From assembly GCA_038884715.1 (NCBI GenBank), contig JAWABG010000002.1, positions 10,275-74,274 of the forward strand: DNA of 64,000 bases, given 5' to 3'. The stretch is from Candidatus Woesearchaeota archaeon (GTDB taxonomy: Archaea > Nanobdellota > Nanobdellia > Woesearchaeales > UBA9642). Made by a program: the position numbers and the translations under genes. Positions 1 to 7,592 of this stretch are shown here, one piece after another. The notes under the pieces were generated by a model, which had not been told where the DNA came from, made no database searches, and saw only the letters and a program-made list of their open reading frames with translations. Numbering within the stretch: position 1 is the stretch's first letter; the number at the start of each line of letters is the position of its first letter.

Positions 1-687
1 GAATTAACTATAGAACAAAGAATTAATCGTATCCATACAAATATTAATAAATTAAATTCTGTGCTTGTAGAATTAGAACCAAAAATAATGGAATATATAT
101 ATTTTAATAAACTAGCTGAAATAGGATATACTTCTGAGGTGAGAGAAAACATTGAAAGTTCATTAATATCAGATAATGTATATAAAAAAGTTTCAAAACA
201 ATATCAAATCAGCAAGGAGCAATATATGATGCTAAAATTTGCTTCAAACAAATTAAAAGTTCCACTAGAAAAATCAGTATCAGTAATGATTCAGGAATCG
301 TGGGGAGATCCAAACGCCATATCGCTGGCTGGTTGTGTGGGAGATATGCAATTAAATGTTGGTGTTGCACTAGCATATAATATTCCAATATATCTTTCAG
401 AAGATCTCAAAAATAAAAATTTTAGTTCATACAAAAAAGATCTTGAGGAAAAACTTAAAGGTAAAACAGAGTACCAAAAATATTTCATCGATGCCCGAGC
501 CACACTAATCGGAACCTACAACGGGGTCAGACTATTAAAAGAATTAATAGAAAAATATGATTGTGATGATGTAAAGATTTATCTTGATTATAATGGTGGC
601 CCATCCCAAGTCCAGAAACCAACAGAAAATGCTTTGGCATATGTAAATAAAATAATTTATCGAGAAAATTTATTAAAAAATTTGTAA
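1..687 (+). CDS. SLT-domain (lytic transglycosylase-like) protein, 5' end probably cut by the window edge
   Basis: The frame is open from nt 1, with no stop before the GTG at 61. The motif IQESWGDPNAISLAGCVGDMQLN fits the SLT signature (catalytic E-S, then AG..G.MQL). Confidence 0.6.
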   Translation, partial: ELTIEQRINRIHTNINKLNSVLVELEPKIMEYIYFNKLAEIGYTSEVRENIESSLISDNVYKKVSKQYQISKEQYMMLKFASNKLKVPLEKSVSVMIQESWGDPNAISLAGCVGDMQLNVGVALAYNIPIYLSEDLKNKNFSSYKKDLEEKLKGKTEYQKYFIDARATLIGTYNGVRLLKELIEKYDCDDVKIYLDYNGGPSQVQKPTENALAYVNKIIYRENLLKNL

Positions 688-753
688 TTTTTATGATTTT
701 TAATTTTTTGATTTTCAAAACAAAACATTTAATAATTCTTATTCTTATCTCTA

Positions 754-1263
754 ATGATGAGACCTAAAATATTAAGTATTTATTTAATTCAAAAGAAGGC
801 TCGGAGAGAATTAAGACTAAATAAATATTTTACTAAAAAAAACAAACTTTTAATTCTTAATGACGATTCAATCGAATTTAAATTTATTATTAATGTGTTT
901 GATGAAATATTTAATAAAAACCTTAATATAAAAAAAATTAAAAAAATTTATCCAATGCCCCCTAATTATAAATTAATTAATCATAAATTAATTATTCCTT
1001 GGAGTCTCGATAGAGAGATAAATGAAAAGATATTATGTTTTTTTGAAAACAAGGATATAAATGTTAAGATATATGAAAAAAATATTCTTAAATTATTCAA
1101 AACAGTTAGCGAAGATGAAATGAAATATTACTTAACTACTAAAAAAATTCGTTTTAAAAACTCGAATAATTCTAATAATAACGAGTTTGTTGAATCTCTT
1201 GAAAAATTATATCCTGGAAGCAAAAATACGTTGTTAAAAAGTCTAAATAATGTACTTCATTAA
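754..1263 (+). CDS. Hypothetical protein (Lys/Asn-rich)
   Basis: 169-aa ORF with an ATG start and no motif I recognise. Confidence 0.35.
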   Translation: MMRPKILSIYLIQKKARRELRLNKYFTKKNKLLILNDDSIEFKFIINVFDEIFNKNLNIKKIKKIYPMPPNYKLINHKLIIPWSLDREINEKILCFFENKDINVKIYEKNILKLFKTVSEDEMKYYLTTKKIRFKNSNNSNNNEFVESLEKLYPGSKNTLLKSLNNVLH

Positions 1264-1267
1264 ATTC

Positions 1268-1500
1268 AAGTGTTAAGTTCAATTGTGTTTAATTTCTAAA
1301 TTACGAAAACGGGGAGAAGTTCGGTGCTTCGCACATATATACACTCGCCACGCTCGAATTGATTGTAACTTAAACACAACTCTGCGGACGCAGGTCTCTC
1401 ACACTTCATATGGAAAACGAACTTAATAGGAATTTAACAGTTCGCAGGGTCGGCTTCGCCTAAAACGCCAAGCGTTTTCTCACGCTCTCCCAAATTTATT
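1268..1500. ncRNA. GC-rich structured RNA locus, family and strand unassigned
   Basis: About 48% GC island in a roughly 25-30% GC background, with no ORF. A 15-bp interrupted helix pairs 1270-1284 with 1357-1377. Hairpins sit at 1291-1302, 1324-1335, 1382-1393, 1418-1444 and 1462-1478. GGGAGA (1312-1317) pairs with TCTCCC (1486-1491). On the + strand, GAAGUUCGGU (1316-1325) can pair with GUCGGCUUC (1449-1457) leaving one bulged U, which resembles RNase P helix P4. However C exceeds G on the + strand (49 vs 38 over 1311-1491), which favours a minus-strand RNA. Confidence 0.4.
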
Positions 1501-1615
1501 TTTTGATGTCGGAATTTTGTGGAATGCCTGAAAATTCCTCCGCTCTGAAAAATGTTTTTTCATAATTTTTTTTTTAATAAAAAACTATTTAAAATATGTC
1601 TAATCTTAACAAAAC

Positions 1616-2509
1616 ATGGACGGATTTACGCATGTATTATCTGGCTTTGTTATAGGAAATTTAATTAGCTTGAATAACTGGACCTTGATTTTATTCACGA
1701 TTATTGCTTCTTTGATTCCCGACATTGATATATTGCTCGCAATTTTCGAGGATAAGCATTATATAAAACACCATAGAAATATTACGCACGGACCATTAGG
1801 TATTATTATTCTGGCAGGAATTCTGAGTTATATTTTCTCATTTTTCATAAAGGATTTTATTACCCTTTTTGTCATTGCAGTTTTTACCATAGTTGTACAT
1901 ATTGCATTGGATTTGACGAATGCATATGGCACTAGAATACTGAGTCCATTTAAAGAAAAATTGTACGCTTTAGACATACTGCCAGAAACAGACCCGTGGA
2001 TATACTTAATGTTGATTGGTGTTTCTGTTGTATTTATTTTTTTTAAAGATTATGCAAGAATTGCTGAATTCTGTTTTTTGATATCATTTGTATTCTATTT
2101 GTTATTGAGAGTAATATTCTATATCTTGGCATATAACCAAATAAGAAAATATTATAAAAAAACAAATTTCTATCTCGATCCAACAAGACTTAATCCTTTG
2201 ACGTTCAGGGTGATTCTTATTCGTGGGGCGGATTATAAAACATTTTATTATAATATTATAACTTGTAGAGAATCGGATATTGAGAAATTCAAGAAAATCC
2301 AAGCAAAAATGAAAAAATTCCTTAAAACAGCGGAACTTCCAAGGATATATTTGAAATTCTCAAAATTTCCAATAGTAAAACAAAATAATCGTGGAAAAGG
2401 AAGACTTATGCTTGTGGATGTCAGATTCATAAATAATGGAAAAAAATCCCTTTTTGTGAATATCTTTACTAAGAATAAAAAGATTAAGAAGTCAGAGCTA
2501 AAATATTGA
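1616..2509 (+). CDS. Membrane-bound metal-dependent hydrolase, YdjM/DUF457-like, with a C-terminal extension
   Basis: N-terminus MDGFTHVLSGFVIG followed by several TM helices with conserved His/Asp (PDIDILL, HRNITHGPLG), typical of the YdjM family. Confidence 0.5.
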   Translation: MDGFTHVLSGFVIGNLISLNNWTLILFTIIASLIPDIDILLAIFEDKHYIKHHRNITHGPLGIIILAGILSYIFSFFIKDFITLFVIAVFTIVVHIALDLTNAYGTRILSPFKEKLYALDILPETDPWIYLMLIGVSVVFIFFKDYARIAEFCFLISFVFYLLLRVIFYILAYNQIRKYYKKTNFYLDPTRLNPLTFRVILIRGADYKTFYYNIITCRESDIEKFKKIQAKMKKFLKTAELPRIYLKFSKFPIVKQNNRGKGRLMLVDVRFINNGKKSLFVNIFTKNKKIKKSELKY

Positions 2510-2576
2510 TTTCATTTGAATATTTTTCGAGAATTATTACTGAATATTTATAAATAATTCAATTCTCACAGACCAT

Positions 2577-3533
2577 ATGAAAGACAAGTCATATATCTTA
2601 TGGTTGTTGATATTACTATTAATGATAATTTTAATTGTTTTGATATTAATTAATAGCGTTCCATTATTAGTGCAAAAAATTCCTGAGGAGAATGGTTCGA
2701 TTAATATTTATTTTTGTCCTCGTCAGAACTGTTCCTTTTATTTTATGCAGGCACTTGCGAACTCAAACTTTGCAGAATGTGCCTTGTATGATATTAATCT
2801 TCCAGAGGTCATAAATGTTCTGCAAAATAAAAATATTGACTTATTGGTTGATGAAGATAATTATTATGGTTATGGAAAAAAAATTGTTGGATACGGTATT
2901 ATGCATAACAAATTTTGCGTTTTTGACACCGGAATAATTACTGGAAGCTTTAATCCAACATTTAATGATAATTATAAAAACAACAATAACCTACTTATTA
3001 TTAATTCTGAGATTTTGAGACAGAATTATCTTGATGAGTTTAAGGAATTAAAAGAGGGTATCAATGTTAAAACGCGTAAAACTAAAGTAATAGTCAATGG
3101 AGTGTTATTTGAAAATTATTTTTGTCCTGAAGATAATTGTCAAGCTCATGTCTTGATGATTTTGAATGGTGCTCAGCACGAAATAAAATTTATGATTTTT
3201 AGTTTTACTGATGATGATATAGGAGATTTGCTTGTTCGAAAATTCAATCAGGGAATTCTTGTTACTGGTATTATGGAGAAGACCCAGCAAAATGACTATG
3301 ATGAATATGAAAAATTATTTAGTAATGGCATCAATGTTTCCTGGGATAAAAATCCTGGAAAAGTCCATCATAAAGTATTTATAATTGATGGAAAAATTGT
3401 AATTACTGGAAGTTACAATCCAACAAAAAACGGTAACGAGAATAATGATGAGAATATAGTAATAATTCACGATGAGAGAATTGCTAGACTATACTTGGAA
3501 GAATTTGATTATGTTGTTAACAACTATTCTTAA
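2577..3533 (+). CDS. Phospholipase D / Nuc-like phosphodiesterase with an N-terminal TM anchor
   Basis: Two HKD motifs: MHNKFCVFD...GSFNPT and VHHKVFIIDGKIVITGSYNPTKNGNENNDEN. One N-terminal hydrophobic helix (ILWLLILLLMIILIVLILI). Confidence 0.7.
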   Translation: MKDKSYILWLLILLLMIILIVLILINSVPLLVQKIPEENGSINIYFCPRQNCSFYFMQALANSNFAECALYDINLPEVINVLQNKNIDLLVDEDNYYGYGKKIVGYGIMHNKFCVFDTGIITGSFNPTFNDNYKNNNNLLIINSEILRQNYLDEFKELKEGINVKTRKTKVIVNGVLFENYFCPEDNCQAHVLMILNGAQHEIKFMIFSFTDDDIGDLLVRKFNQGILVTGIMEKTQQNDYDEYEKLFSNGINVSWDKNPGKVHHKVFIIDGKIVITGSYNPTKNGNENNDENIVIIHDERIARLYLEEFDYVVNNYS

Positions 3534-3743
3534 GATTTAATCTTTTTTATCAACTTGCTATGTTTTAATATTTTTACCATACTATTTGAAGGATTTATGT
3601 AATTGAGATAACATATATAATCAAAAATAATATTGTCTTTTTAGGACGAGGAGAACTATTTTATTTTTCTTAAATCTTAGAATATAAATATTTATATACT
3701 TATTAATTTGAATTATCTTAATCATATATTTGTGAGGATAAAA

Positions 3744-4481
3744 ATGGACCTAAGAAAGATTGTTGTAATAATTATCATTGCTGTTCTTTTTTCTATTTTT
3801 ACAAATAGTTTTGCAGATGCTATGTTTAATCAGCCTCGGTATGAAGATATTTGTGGAACAAATTATTATAGAAAATATCCTTCCCCAATTTCAACTCCCG
3901 AGATTAATAATAATATTAATACTAATTGTAATACTAATACTAATTGTAATACTAATACTGCTTGTAATTCTACTATTATTTGCAATTGTAATTCTACCAT
4001 TGTTTGCAAATATATAGAACCCACACAAGAAGAAAAAAATAATTGTGAGGGGAGAGGTGACCTAATTCCAGAATATGACTTGAATGGGTGTATAACTAGT
4101 TATAGATGTGACATGTGTAATGTTTATTTTCAGGATGCACAAACAAAGTATAATTTTAAGATTTTTTTAGTTATGAGTGTACTCGGACTTATTGCAATAT
4201 CCTTAGGTATATACTTACCTGCGAAGACTAATCAATTACATGAACTAATTGGCACAGGATTTATGTTTGGAGGCCTAATCAGTATATTTGTTGGAACCGC
4301 AAGGTATTTTACAGATTTAGCTAAGGTATTAAAGCCGGTTGTAATTTTTATTGAACTGCTTCTAGTTATATGGATTGTATACAAAAAATTAAGTGATAAT
4401 GGGAATTTAAATTATAACGGAATTACAATTCTTAAAAAACAGCCTAAAACAGATATAAAAAAGAAGAATAATAATATCTGA
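3744..4481 (+). CDS. Cys-rich membrane protein with an NTN(TN)C repeat
   Basis: Signal/TM helix, then the repeat NTNCNTNTNCNTNTACNSTIICNCNSTIVC, more Cys, and three C-terminal TM helices. I prefer the ATG at 3744 to the TTG at 3708 used in the ORF track. Confidence 0.5.
   Translation: MDLRKIVVIIIIAVLFSIFTNSFADAMFNQPRYEDICGTNYYRKYPSPISTPEINNNINTNCNTNTNCNTNTACNSTIICNCNSTIVCKYIEPTQEEKNNCEGRGDLIPEYDLNGCITSYRCDMCNVYFQDAQTKYNFKIFLVMSVLGLIAISLGIYLPAKTNQLHELIGTGFMFGGLISIFVGTARYFTDLAKVLKPVVIFIELLLVIWIVYKKLSDNGNLNYNGITILKKQPKTDIKKKNNNI
3918..4007 (+). repeat. In-frame imperfect tandem repeat of about 18 bp, coding
   Basis: aatactaattgt / aatactaatactaattgt / aatactaatactgcttgt / aattctactattatttgc / aattgt / aattctaccattgtttgc. 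Confidence 0.7.
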
Positions 4482-4637
4482 ATTAATTATTCTTGTGAAA
4501 GTTAGTATCATTATAGTAGTGACATTCACAAGTTTTATAAATTATAACATATATCTAATTGATTGAAATTGATGAAATCATTTTTTTAATTAGAAAAGGT
4601 AAAATAAACCTTAAGATGAAAATGATTAAAGATAAAA

Positions 4638-5006
4638 ATGAATCTTAAAGATAAACTAAAAAATGTAGTATATGTCGGATTAGCAGCATTAGCAATTAAT
4701 TATATTTCTTGCGATAATTCTAATATCTTTTTTAATCAGAAGTCAAAAGGCATTCCTATTAGCGAATTTCAAAGTAATTTGATTTATAACGATGAAGACA
4801 CGTTTTTTCAAAGTAAAAATTTAAAAAAAGAAAACTTTCAATTTTTATACGTGCAGTTCTACAGTAACAATTATAAAATACCTGAGAATGCAGTTGCTAT
4901 TATCAACTTTAAACCCAGCAGATACGAGAATATCAATGGAAAAAAATATTTATTATATCCTGAAGGAGCAATTGTAATACCAAAAAATAATAAGTTTATG
5001 AATTAA
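4638..5006 (+). CDS. Small secreted or lipoprotein-like hypothetical protein
   Basis: N-terminal hydrophobic segment ending in a lipobox-like ISC (LAALAINYISCDNS). Confidence 0.35.
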   Translation: MNLKDKLKNVVYVGLAALAINYISCDNSNIFFNQKSKGIPISEFQSNLIYNDEDTFFQSKNLKKENFQFLYVQFYSNNYKIPENAVAIINFKPSRYENINGKKYLLYPEGAIVIPKNNKFMN

Positions 5007-5076
5007 AAATTTACTATTTATTTATCTTGATTGTTCTTATATTTTTTTAATTAAATTTTATTTTTTTTTTAATTAA

Positions 5077-6042
5077 TCATTTTTTAACACTCGCCCATAT
5101 TAATGGCAAAGCGATTGTTATATCACAAATAACATTCACAAAATTGCCTTTTGGATTCATCTTACCCCAGCTGATTCCTTCTTTTAATTCTGCGCCGCTA
5201 CTTCCTCCTGGCTCTGGTCTGTCCATTGTAATCTGAATTCCATAATCCGCACCCCTCGGAGAAAACTGCATTGCTTGCTGAATATAATTTTTAGGAACTC
5301 CTCCTCCAAGGTAAATAACTCCTGCTTTTTTTGTCGTCCATGCTATGTCAAGTATTTCTTTCATGTCTTCAAATACCTTTACATTACATTTTTTTCCTTT
5401 TGCAATATTTCCCCATACTATAAGGCCAATACCAGAATCACTTATTGCTGGGCAAAATAAAGGGATTTTATTATTAAAACACGTTTTTAGTATGGATTTA
5501 TTTCCTTCTCTTTCTGGAACAAGCTCACCTATTTTCCATAAAAAATCCTTTATACTTTCAATATTTGATAGCAACTCATAATTTTTCTTAAAAAAATCTT
5601 CCATGGTTTCGTACACTTTATTTGGCATATAAGAATCATAAATTCTATCAAATCCTTTTTTGTTGAGTTCTTCATCATCTGCATAACTATTACCCTGAAA
5701 ATGATTAAATCCAAGAGCTTCGACTAAATCATGAGTTAACGTTGCACCAGTTGTTACAATTACATCAACATACGCTGATTCAAGCATATCTATGATAATA
5801 TTTTTCATTCCTCCAGGTACAAGTGCGCCTGCAACTCCCAGAAAAACTTTACAATCCTTATCAGAATTCATCATCTGCAGAATTGTTGAGGCCTTGGCAA
5901 TTTTTCCTGCACCCATAACCCCACTGTTTGACATTTCTTTTACTAATTCAGAGCAGGACATATTTTCTTTGATGTTAATTTGACTAACCTTGGCTAATTT
6001 CATTAGTAAAAGAAGAGTTGATTTATTTATAAATTTGTTCAA
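5077..6042 (-). CDS. dys: Deoxyhypusine synthase
   Basis: The motifs GGGVPKNYIQQ, ITMDRPEPGGSSGA and EGISWGK are characteristic of DHS. The start is uncertain: TTG at 6042, with an alternative ATG at 6003. Confidence 0.85.
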   Translation of the reverse strand: MNKFINKSTLLLLMKLAKVSQINIKENMSCSELVKEMSNSGVMGAGKIAKASTILQMMNSDKDCKVFLGVAGALVPGGMKNIIIDMLESAYVDVIVTTGATLTHDLVEALGFNHFQGNSYADDEELNKKGFDRIYDSYMPNKVYETMEDFFKKNYELLSNIESIKDFLWKIGELVPEREGNKSILKTCFNNKIPLFCPAISDSGIGLIVWGNIAKGKKCNVKVFEDMKEILDIAWTTKKAGVIYLGGGVPKNYIQQAMQFSPRGADYGIQITMDRPEPGGSSGAELKEGISWGKMNPKGNFVNVICDITIALPLIWASVKK

Positions 6043-6287
6043 AAGCCATATTAAAAAGCCATATTACTTACTCTGCTGATCTCATATATGGCTGTTAATA
6101 TGCGATCTTAATTAATTAAATATAACATGATCTCGGGATTTTCTATATATAATGCACTTATTTATATGATGTGTTTGTGAATCAATAGTCTTATTTAAAT
6201 ATAATTGTTAACATCTAATGCTTGAACAATGTTGTGTTAGCATAAACTATATAAACCATCTCAAGTTCTCTGATTTTGGTGATATTT

Positions 6288-6779
6288 ATGGCAATAATCG
6301 GATTTAATTTTTTAAAAATTAGTATTGAAAAAAAAAGTTCATTAACTGGTAAAGTTAATATTACAAATAATGTTTCCTTAACAAATGTGGAAGAAACTAA
6401 ACTCCCTATAGCTAATGACGGCCAAACTTCACTAAGATTTATTTTCAGATTTAGCACAATATTTGAACCTGATTATGGCAATATTGAGATAATAGGTGAG
6501 GTATTTTGGTTGATTGAAAAAAATGAAGCAGGAGAAATTGTAAAGATTTGGAAAAAAGATAAGAGTCTTCCTGCAGATATAACTCAAAATGTTCTAAATA
6601 CAATCCTTAATAAATGCAATATTGAGGCTTTGTTTTTATGTAGGGATATGAATCTTCCGTCACCTATTCCTCTGCCAAAATTTAAAACAGAACCTCCTCC
6701 TACTGATAAACAGTCAAAAAAAGAGGAAAAATCTGAGAAAAAGGAAGAAAAAAACTTGTCAAAGAAAAATAAAATATAG
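6288..6779 (+). CDS. Hypothetical protein with a Lys/Glu-rich tail
   Basis: ORF with an ATG at 6288 (the track starts at an upstream TTG). No secure motif. Confidence 0.4.
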   Translation: MAIIGFNFLKISIEKKSSLTGKVNITNNVSLTNVEETKLPIANDGQTSLRFIFRFSTIFEPDYGNIEIIGEVFWLIEKNEAGEIVKIWKKDKSLPADITQNVLNTILNKCNIEALFLCRDMNLPSPIPLPKFKTEPPPTDKQSKKEEKSEKKEEKNLSKKNKI

Positions 6780-6820
6780 AATGTATTGATAAATGTTATA
6801 ATAATAAAGTTACAAAATTA

Positions 6821-7120
6821 TTATTTTAATTTTTTCTCTAATTCTCTTATCCTTTTTTCTATCTCTTTTTGTGTATTAACTTTGTTAAGATATCTGATTT
6901 TTTTTCCGAGAGCAGGGTCATGCAGAACATCAGTTATCCAATTTGAAAAATCATTTTTTTGTTGATTAGCATGGTAAGAGAAAGTGCCGTCATTCATTGT
7001 TTTTAAGGCGTTTGATAAATCCTTTATATTGCTCAATGTTGAACCATCACATACAAAAAATATTTTGTCAGGGCTTACATTTTCAAGAATTTTTTTAGGG
7101 TCTTTCCTGAAATTTGGCAT
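6821..7120 (-). CDS. Small protein carrying the recurrent NDF.NWI domain (copy 1 of 5)
   Basis: FFVCDGSTLSNIKDLSNALKTMNDGTFSYHANQQKNDFSNWITDVLHDPALGKKI aligns with four other segments in this window. Confidence 0.6.
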   Translation of the reverse strand: MPNFRKDPKKILENVSPDKIFFVCDGSTLSNIKDLSNALKTMNDGTFSYHANQQKNDFSNWITDVLHDPALGKKIRYLNKVNTQKEIEKRIRELEKKLK

Positions 7121-7325
7121 TATCTCACTCCTTTTTTATCACAAAATATTTTTATTTTATAGTACAAAATATGAATAACTTGTATTTAAATATTTGGTTT
7201 TTATTAGAAATATGCTATAAATAATATACTATAAATATAATATTATCTGATGATTCATATTAAGTGTCAGATATGTGGTAATCCTCATTATGTAATTCAC
7301 GCAGGTAATTAATACTTTATTATCT

Positions 7326-7355
7326 TTAACTTTATCTATTTTAACTTTATCTATT
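7326..7355. repeat. Perfect 2 x 15-bp tandem duplication (ttaactttatctatt)
   Basis: Read directly from the sequence, about 240 bp upstream of cdc48. Confidence 0.8.
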
Positions 7356-7592
7356 AATTTTCTCATTTTGCACGTGAACAAAAGCCAATTTATGTACTTT
7401 TTCTTATATTGTAAAGCTCTATATTGATTTATAATTATTATTTTATATTATACTTATTTTATATATTGCTGTAATCTATTATTTATAATATGAATATTAT
7501 AGGATGAGCAATTCGTTTTTATATTAAGAATCTAAAACCATAAGCTTTTTATTCATATAAGTTTTCCAATGTTCACGAGAAGAGGGGTCTTT

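Noticed and set aside
1270-1377. 5S rRNA reading (terminal 10-bp helix, CGAA..CGG..AAGUU similarity to the 5S loop C region)
   Set aside because: The terminal helix continues coaxially for 15 bp instead of opening into the three-way junction. No helix II/III or IV/V arrangement fits, and the GC-rich region extends a further 170 nt.
1311-1491. Intron-containing tRNA reading of the first GC-rich island (minus-strand acceptor GGGAGAG/UUCUCCC)
   Set aside because: There is no U8, no D-arm and no UUCRANY T-loop. The only BHB-like solution yields a non-canonical T-loop (UUUUCCC).
1268-1550. SRP (7S) RNA reading on either strand
   Set aside because: I could not find a helix-8-like GNAR tetraloop with an AGCA / AGG.C symmetric loop. 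The hairpins do not match an Alu-domain UGUAAU turn or the expected loop pairing.
3778-4017. 79-aa ORF in an alternative frame over the NTNC repeat
   Set aside because: It is an Ile/Leu-only translation of the same tandem repeat. The other frame gives a coherent signal peptide, Cys-rich region and TM protein.
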